From an uncultured Gammaproteobacteria bacterium (GTDB lineage Bacteria; Patescibacteriota; Patescibacteriia; Magasanikbacterales; UBA922), in contig CAZYEQ010000004.1 of NCBI GenBank assembly GCA_964646505.1, forward strand, positions 1-36,232: 36,232 nt of DNA. Direction: 5' to 3'. Shown piece after piece: positions 31,275 through 36,232 of the stretch (the first letter of the stretch is position 1; each line of letters starts with the position of its first letter). Under the pieces are notes generated by a model. It saw nothing but the letters and a program-made list of their open reading frames with translations, ran no database searches and had not been told where the DNA came from. Both the position numbers and the translations under genes were made by a program.

Positions 31275-34200
31275 ATGTCATCATCTGTTGAAAAATCAAA
31301 CGCACTTGTGTTGCCTTTTCGTGACATCACCATCGACGACGTACCACTCGTTGGTGGAAAAAACGCCTCACTCGGTGAAATGTACGCAAAGCTCACTGCC
31401 GAAGGCGTGCGTGTTCCGAATGGCTTTGCTGTTACAGCGAATGCGTATTGGTTATTTCTCAAAGAAACAGGGCTTGATAAAAAAATTAAACAAGCTATTA
31501 AAGGACTTGATGTTACGAACGTACGCCAGCTCGCTCGGGTTGGTAAAACCGTGCGTACGCTTATTTTAAAACAAACATTACCAAAAGAGGTTGAGAAAGC
31601 AGTACGTCAGGCATACGCGGCTTTGGCGAAAGAATACAAAGAACCACGCCTTTCGGTCGCCGTTCGTTCTTCTGCAACAGCTGAAGATTTACCCGGCGCC
31701 AGTTTTGCTGGACAACAAGAAACATATCTCAATATTCGTGGAGAAAAAGATCTTCTGCTTGCGGTAAAAAAATGCGTTGCCTCACTGTTTACTGATCGAG
31801 CTTTGTCGTACCGTGAAGCTCAAGGGTTTGATCATTTGCAAGTGGCACTTTCGGTTGGGGTGCAGAAAATGGTGCGTTCTGATATTGGCGCGTCGGGTGT
31901 GATGTTTACGATTGACACTGAATCTGGTTTTCCGGGTGTCGTGCTTATTAACGCGGCCTACGGCCTTGGTGAATATGTAGTAAAAGGCCGTGTTACTCCC
32001 GACCAGTATTATGTGTTTAAAGAAGGGGTGTCTCAGGGAAAAAGTGCCATTATTAGCCGAACGCTTGGCACAAAAGATGCAAAACTTGTGTACGCGAAAG
32101 GTGGCTCAGGGACAAAACAAGCTGCAACTACAAAAACAGAACGAAATAGTTTTGTGCTGAAAGATGCTGATGTTATCGCGCTTGCCAAATGGGGGATGAG
32201 AATTGAAAAGCACTATGGTCGCGCGCAAGATATTGAATGGGCAAAAGATGGAGATTCCGGACAACTCTTTATTGTACAGGCACGTCCGGAAACCGTGAAA
32301 GCAAAATCAGACACGCTCGTCTTGGAATCATATGAACTCAAACAAAAAGGAGAGATTTTACTGCGTGGGGTGTCTGTTGGACAAAAAATTGGTGCCGGTC
32401 ATGTGCGCGTGATTGAGCATCCGTCACAAATGAAATCGTTTCAAAAAGGTGAGGTGCTGGTAACGCGTATTACCGACCCCGACTGGGAGCCCATTATGCG
32501 CATGGCCTCGGCTATTATTACGGAAGAAGGTGGTAAAACGTCGCATGCGGCCATTGTAAGTCGTGAACTTGGCGTGCCGGCGATCGTAGGCGCGCGTGGG
32601 GCGAGAAAAGTGCTTAAAACAAGTCGTCCTATTACCGTGTCGTGTGCTGAGGGTGACGAGGGTATTATATATGCCGGCGTTCTTCCCTATGAGGTGAAAA
32701 AAACCGATGTGAAACCAGGCGTGCAAACGAAAACAAAAATCATGATGAATGTAGGTGATCCTGATAACGCGTTTACGCTTCGACGTTTGCCAAGTGATGG
32801 AGTGGGTCTTGCTCGTGAAGAATTTATTTTCACTAACTTCATTCGCATTCATCCTCTTGCGCTTGTGCACTATGAAAAGTTGCAAGATAAAGAAGCAAAA
32901 AAACAAATTGCCGAAATAACGCGGGGGTATAAAAAGAAAACCGATTATTGCGTTGATAAACTTGCCGAAGGTATTGGTCGTATCGCGGCAGCGTTCTACC
33001 CGAACGACGTGATTATTCGGTTTAGTGATTTTAAAACAAATGAGTACGCGACACTTTTAGGTGGAAAAGAGTTTGAGCCAAAAGAAGAAAACCCTATGAT
33101 TGGGTGGCGTGGCGCAAGCCGCTATTATTCGCCTGAATACAAGCCAGGGTTTGCGCTTGAGTGTGAGGCAATAAAAAAAGTGCGTAATGAGTGGGGACTT
33201 ACCAATGTGATTACCATGGTTCCTTTTTGTTGCACCCCTGAAGAGGGAGAAAAGGTGCTTCAGACCATGGGAGAGTTTGGGTTGAAGCGGGGAGAAAATG
33301 GATTGCAGGTGTATGTGATGTGTGAGATTCCCTCAAACGTTATTTTGGCCGAGGATTTCGCGCGTATTTTTGATGGCTTTAGTATTGGTTCAAACGATTT
33401 AACCCAACTCACTCTTGGGGTCGATCGCGATTCCGCGCTGGTGAGTCATGTGTACAACGAGCGCAACGAAGCGGTGAAAAAATTAATTCGAGAAGTGATT
33501 CGCGTAGCAAAGAAAAACAAAAAGAAAATTGGCATTTGCGGTCAGGCACCGAGCGACTATCCTGAGTTTGCTGAGTTTTTAGTGCGTGAAGGAATTGACA
33601 GTATTTCCCTTAACCCAGACACGATTGTAAAAACACGTGAACGGATAGCGTATGTCGAAAAAACGCTTGGGAAAACCGGGCACAAAACAAATCCAACATT
33701 TTTAGGTGCGGTTGCCATGGTGGGGCTTTTAGCAGCGGCCATGATCGGGCTCGGGGCTGGCTGTGCCGATCCAAACCTAGCAAATGATATGCCACAAGTA
33801 ATAGATGTGTCGCCAGCGATGATTCGCGAAAAAATTGCTGCTAAAGAAGCGAAGCAAGACGAGGTAGACGATGCTACGGGCACGCTTGGTAAAGATCCTG
33901 TACAAGTAAAGGTGTCTACGTTCGCGCAATTTTCATTTTCGCACCCGCGTGGGTGGCAGGTAGAATATTGGCCCGGAGGTATGACCATGCGAGACACAAA
34001 AACAAAACAGTTTGTGAGTGTGTTTAAACAGCTTGTCGCGCACCCCGCCAAAGGCGACGCGGTGACAAAACTGACTGTGGGTGGGTACAACGCCGTGCGG
34101 TACAGCGATACGTCTCCAAAAGATGGCACGCCGTATCATATTGTTGAGATTGATCTTCCTAACATGTTTCTCGAAATTAACGCGACGGCGCCACAACTCG

Positions 34201-34397
34201 ACGCCATTCTTGAAACCATGCAATTCTTGAAAGAAAGTGAAACATCGATTAGTCAGTGGGATATTCGTGAAAAACGCACCTGTGTGCAAATTGCGACATA
34301 TGCCAAACCAAGGAGTGGTGGCACGTGCAAGCTCTATCCTACCCCGTGTGATGTGCCAAGTGGGTACGAGGTGTGTACGTCAAAAGATGCGTCCTAA
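31275..34397 (+). CDS. ppsA: Phosphoenolpyruvate synthase (pyruvate, water dikinase) with an in-frame lipoprotein-like C-terminal extension of about 240 aa (1040 aa)
   Basis: VPLVGGKNASLGEMY, the phosphohistidine loop GGKTSHAAIVSRELGVPAIVG, and GSNDLTQLTLGVDRDS...SISLNPDT. The PpsA core ends near aa 795-800. It is followed by AVAMVGLLAAAMIGLGAGC (hydrophobic helix plus lipobox-like LGAGC) and a Cys-containing tail. Confidence 0.9.
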   Translation: MSSSVEKSNALVLPFRDITIDDVPLVGGKNASLGEMYAKLTAEGVRVPNGFAVTANAYWLFLKETGLDKKIKQAIKGLDVTNVRQLARVGKTVRTLILKQTLPKEVEKAVRQAYAALAKEYKEPRLSVAVRSSATAEDLPGASFAGQQETYLNIRGEKDLLLAVKKCVASLFTDRALSYREAQGFDHLQVALSVGVQKMVRSDIGASGVMFTIDTESGFPGVVLINAAYGLGEYVVKGRVTPDQYYVFKEGVSQGKSAIISRTLGTKDAKLVYAKGGSGTKQAATTKTERNSFVLKDADVIALAKWGMRIEKHYGRAQDIEWAKDGDSGQLFIVQARPETVKAKSDTLVLESYELKQKGEILLRGVSVGQKIGAGHVRVIEHPSQMKSFQKGEVLVTRITDPDWEPIMRMASAIITEEGGKTSHAAIVSRELGVPAIVGARGARKVLKTSRPITVSCAEGDEGIIYAGVLPYEVKKTDVKPGVQTKTKIMMNVGDPDNAFTLRRLPSDGVGLAREEFIFTNFIRIHPLALVHYEKLQDKEAKKQIAEITRGYKKKTDYCVDKLAEGIGRIAAAFYPNDVIIRFSDFKTNEYATLLGGKEFEPKEENPMIGWRGASRYYSPEYKPGFALECEAIKKVRNEWGLTNVITMVPFCCTPEEGEKVLQTMGEFGLKRGENGLQVYVMCEIPSNVILAEDFARIFDGFSIGSNDLTQLTLGVDRDSALVSHVYNERNEAVKKLIREVIRVAKKNKKKIGICGQAPSDYPEFAEFLVREGIDSISLNPDTIVKTRERIAYVEKTLGKTGHKTNPTFLGAVAMVGLLAAAMIGLGAGCADPNLANDMPQVIDVSPAMIREKIAAKEAKQDEVDDATGTLGKDPVQVKVSTFAQFSFSHPRGWQVEYWPGGMTMRDTKTKQFVSVFKQLVAHPAKGDAVTKLTVGGYNAVRYSDTSPKDGTPYHIVEIDLPNMFLEINATAPQLDAILETMQFLKESETSISQWDIREKRTCVQIATYAKPRSGGTCKLYPTPCDVPSGYEVCTSKDAS

Positions 34398-34419
34398 GAT
34401 CCCTTACCGAGGGGTCTTT

Positions 34420-34428
34420 TGGTATACT
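34420..34428 (+). promoter_or_regulatory. Extended -10 element upstream of the GH1 gene
   Basis: TGgTATACT ends 8 nt before the ATG at 34437. It is preceded by a weak hairpin, GATCCC-TTACCGA-GGGGTC-TTTT. Confidence 0.45.
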
Positions 34429-34436
34429 AGTGTCAT

Positions 34437-35651
34437 ATGAATGACGACAATCATACAGACACATTTCCCAAAGGGTTTTACTGGGGTGCCGCGACAAGCG
34501 CGCATCAAATTGAGGGTGGTCTTACAAATGATTGGACTGAGTGGGAAACCTCTTCGCCGCGACAACAAGAATTACGGCAAAAAGGGCTACACCCTGAAGA
34601 TTTTATTTCTGGGCACGCGGCAAACTCGTTTGTTGAGTTTAATGCTGATATTCGATGTTTAGTAGAACTCGGTGTTACCGCTTACCGTTTTTCGGTTGAC
34701 TGGTCACGCATCGAGCCAAAAGAAGGTGAGTTTGATGAAACAGCGCTTCGGTATTACAAGAGTTGCGTACAAAAACTCCGCGCACACGGTATTGAACCAT
34801 TTGTAACACTTTGGCATTGGCCAATACCAATTTGGATGCGTGATAAAGGGGGGTGGAAAACAAAAGAAATCATAAAGTATTTTTCGCGGTTTGTTAAACG
34901 AGTTGTACAAGCACTCGGAGAAGACGTGACCTTTTGGGTGACCCTAAACGAACCCATGGTATATAGCTCAATGGGGTATATCAAAGGGCATTGGCCACCA
35001 CATAAGAAAAATCCTATTGCGTATCTTCGGGTTATTCGTCATTTGGAACAGGCTCATCGCGAAGCTTATTGTGTCATTAAAAAAATATATCCCCAAAGTC
35101 AGGTAGGTATTGCCAAACATAATATTTATTTTGAAGCGTATAAGAATTTTCTGCCTCATCGTATTGCAGCATTCTTTGCCGACTGGTGGTGGAACCAACG
35201 TTTTTTACGCGCGATTCAAGCAGCGTCAGATTTTATCGGGATCAACTATTATTTTCACAGTTTGGTTCGTATTGGTGGAGCGAAACATGTGTATGAACGC
35301 GAGTCTGATTTGGGGTGGGGACTTCACCCAGAAGGAATGTACCATGTGCTCAAAAAGGTGGCGCATTTTGGAAAACCAATCTACATTACGGAAAATGGAT
35401 TGGCTGATAGGGGAGACCAGCATCGCTCGTGGTATATTCGTGAGGTTCTTCAGCATGTTCACCGTGCCATTAAAGACGGAGTCGATGTGCGTGGGTATTT
35501 TCACTGGTCACTCATCGATAATTTTGAATGGGCTGAAGGATTTCATCCGAGGTTTGGACTGTACGAGGTGGATTTCAAAACGTTTGAGCGAAGGCCACGA
35601 TCATCAGCAGAGTTTTACGCGGATATTTGTACGCACAATAGGGTAGAGTAA
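34437..35651 (+). CDS. Glycoside hydrolase family 1 beta-glucosidase/beta-galactosidase (404 aa)
   Basis: FPKGFYWGAATSAHQIEGG, acid/base TLNEP, nucleophile ITENG, and WSLIDNFEWAEGF. Confidence 0.9.
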   Translation: MNDDNHTDTFPKGFYWGAATSAHQIEGGLTNDWTEWETSSPRQQELRQKGLHPEDFISGHAANSFVEFNADIRCLVELGVTAYRFSVDWSRIEPKEGEFDETALRYYKSCVQKLRAHGIEPFVTLWHWPIPIWMRDKGGWKTKEIIKYFSRFVKRVVQALGEDVTFWVTLNEPMVYSSMGYIKGHWPPHKKNPIAYLRVIRHLEQAHREAYCVIKKIYPQSQVGIAKHNIYFEAYKNFLPHRIAAFFADWWWNQRFLRAIQAASDFIGINYYFHSLVRIGGAKHVYERESDLGWGLHPEGMYHVLKKVAHFGKPIYITENGLADRGDQHRSWYIREVLQHVHRAIKDGVDVRGYFHWSLIDNFEWAEGFHPRFGLYEVDFKTFERRPRSSAEFYADICTHNRVE

Positions 35652-35655
35652 ATAT

Positions 35656-35686
35656 AAAAACATTCCCTTCACCAGGGAATGTTTTT
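35656..35686 (+). terminator. Intrinsic terminator after the GH1 gene
   Basis: AAAAACATTCCCT-TCACC-AGGGAATGTTTTT. The 13-bp stem includes the U-tract. Confidence 0.8.
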
Positions 35687-35692
35687 ATAAGT

Positions 35693-35766
35693 CACCTTTG
35701 CAATACTCTATAGGTAGAGTAGTACAAAGGTGGGTGCACGACGACAAGTGAATGTCGTCGTGCACC
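35693..35766. repeat. Two consecutive strong hairpins at the composition boundary
   Basis: First hairpin: CACCTTTG...CAAAGGTG (35693-35732) with the inner stem TACTCTA-TAGG-TAGAGTA. Second hairpin: GGTGCACGACGAC-AAGTGAAT-GTCGTCGTGCACC (35733-35766, 13-bp perfect stem). The second lies about 20 nt downstream of the stop of the minus-strand GC-rich ORF. Confidence 0.6.
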
Positions 35767-35788
35767 GCCCAACAGACTAGTTCGCCAC

Positions 35789-36232
35789 CTAGTGGTGGCG
35801 GATGGCGCGGTCGCGCGCCTGCGCGGCGCGCCGGCGCAAGAGCCTCTCGAGCCGCGTGAGCTTCCGCGGGCTCTGCTGCAACTTCTGCTGCAGCTTCTCC
35901 CACTCGCCCAGCACCGTCTTGTCGCGCATGGCCCACAGGCGCATGCGCTCGATGCGCAGCCGCTTGCAGAGCGGCACGACCCCCAGGCTGCTGGCCCACA
36001 GGTCGTTCTGCTCGAGGACGCGGCGGAGCTGATTCACCATCTCGGTGTTGAGCAGCTCCTTCTTGCCGACCTTCTTCGCGAGGATGCGCTTCCACACCCC
36101 GCCACAGTTCTTCGTGATGGCGGGGTGCTGCAGGTAGCAGCCGATGACCTCGGCCGGCTCGGAGTTGGACACCAGCCGACCCACGTGCTCCACGATCGTG
36201 GCCATCGTGGAGCTCGCCGTCGCGTTCATGCC
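35789..36232 (-). CDS. 3' portion of a GC-rich hypothetical gene, probably continuing beyond the right edge
   Basis: Open minus-strand frame with TAG stop at 35789-35791. Protein-like sequence (...VEHVGRLVSNSEPAEVIGCYLQHPAITKNCGGVWKRILAKKVGKKELLNTEMVNQLRRVLEQNDLW...RLLRRRAAQARDRAIRHH*). GC is roughly two-thirds by eye, with G/C-ending codons. No family recognised. Competing ORFs at 35685-36095 (-) and 35802-36032 (+) look like high-GC shadow frames. Confidence 0.5.
   Translation of the reverse strand, partial: GMNATASSTMATIVEHVGRLVSNSEPAEVIGCYLQHPAITKNCGGVWKRILAKKVGKKELLNTEMVNQLRRVLEQNDLWASSLGVVPLCKRLRIERMRLWAMRDKTVLGEWEKLQQKLQQSPRKLTRLERLLRRRAAQARDRAIRHH

Noticed and set aside
35685-36095. 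136-aa minus-strand ORF and 76-aa plus-strand ORF (35802-36032) overlapping the GC-rich terminal ORF
   Set aside because: Their Ala/Arg/Gly/Pro-rich translations are typical of off-frame ORFs in high-GC DNA. The 35789-36229 frame has the more balanced, protein-like composition.
1-36232. Alternative genetic code (UGA recoding, as in some CPR lineages)
   Set aside because: All conserved genes translate full-length with the standard code, with no in-frame TGA. Trp is encoded by TGG. Stops are almost all TAA or TAG. The single TGA I noted ends ybeY and overlaps the dgkA start. This is only a stop-codon bias.
1-36232. CRISPR arrays, IS elements, integrases, reverse transcriptase/DGR components, toxin-antitoxin pairs, rRNA genes
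   Set aside because: I looked for spaced direct repeats, transposase or integrase motifs, and RT motifs in the six-frame track. I found none. The only repeat structures are those reported around tRNA-Ile and at the right junction.

Overview
This 36.2-kb window is almost entirely one tightly packed plus-strand gene string. It looks like a reduced-genome, Patescibacteria/CPR-like bacterium. That is an inference from several traits: roughly 45-50% GC, TAA/TAG stops, few Shine-Dalgarno sites, repeated TTGACA-N17-TATACT promoters, and surface proteins with a TrbC/VirB2-like two-helix N-terminus. Gene order is as follows. On the minus strand: clpP and a DHH/DHHA1 (NrnA-like) phosphoesterase. On the plus strand: smc, rpsP, a KH-domain protein, tRNA-Val(GAC), tRNA-Ile(GAU), lepB, hisS, rpsU, a yqeY-like gene, a 694-aa exoprotein, a 3,777-aa exoprotein, three small membrane proteins with thrombospondin-type-3 (TSP3) calcium-binding repeats, ybeY, dgkA, ftsA, ftsZ, nrdR, a small TM protein, pyk, ppsA and a GH1 beta-glucosidase. 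The best candidate for something undescribed is the enzyme-free five-gene surface module at 9366-25325. It comprises two exoproteins with paralogous pilin-like heads, one of them giant, plus three TSP3 anchor proteins. The module sits inside a housekeeping gene string with no terminators in the gaps. Other oddities: (1) the 3' end of tRNA-Ile is repeated 186 nt downstream, closing a structured G-rich element of about 140 nt that follows a perfect 20-bp palindrome; (2) PpsA is fused in frame to a lipoprotein-like signal peptide and an exported-looking tail; (3) extended -10 boxes lie 7-11 nt from start codons, suggesting leaderless mRNAs; (4) HisRS has a Lys-rich N-terminal extension; (5) GC content rises abruptly at both window ends, which could mean a chimera or a foreign junction. 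I saw no CRISPR array, rRNA, transposase, integrase or reverse transcriptase.
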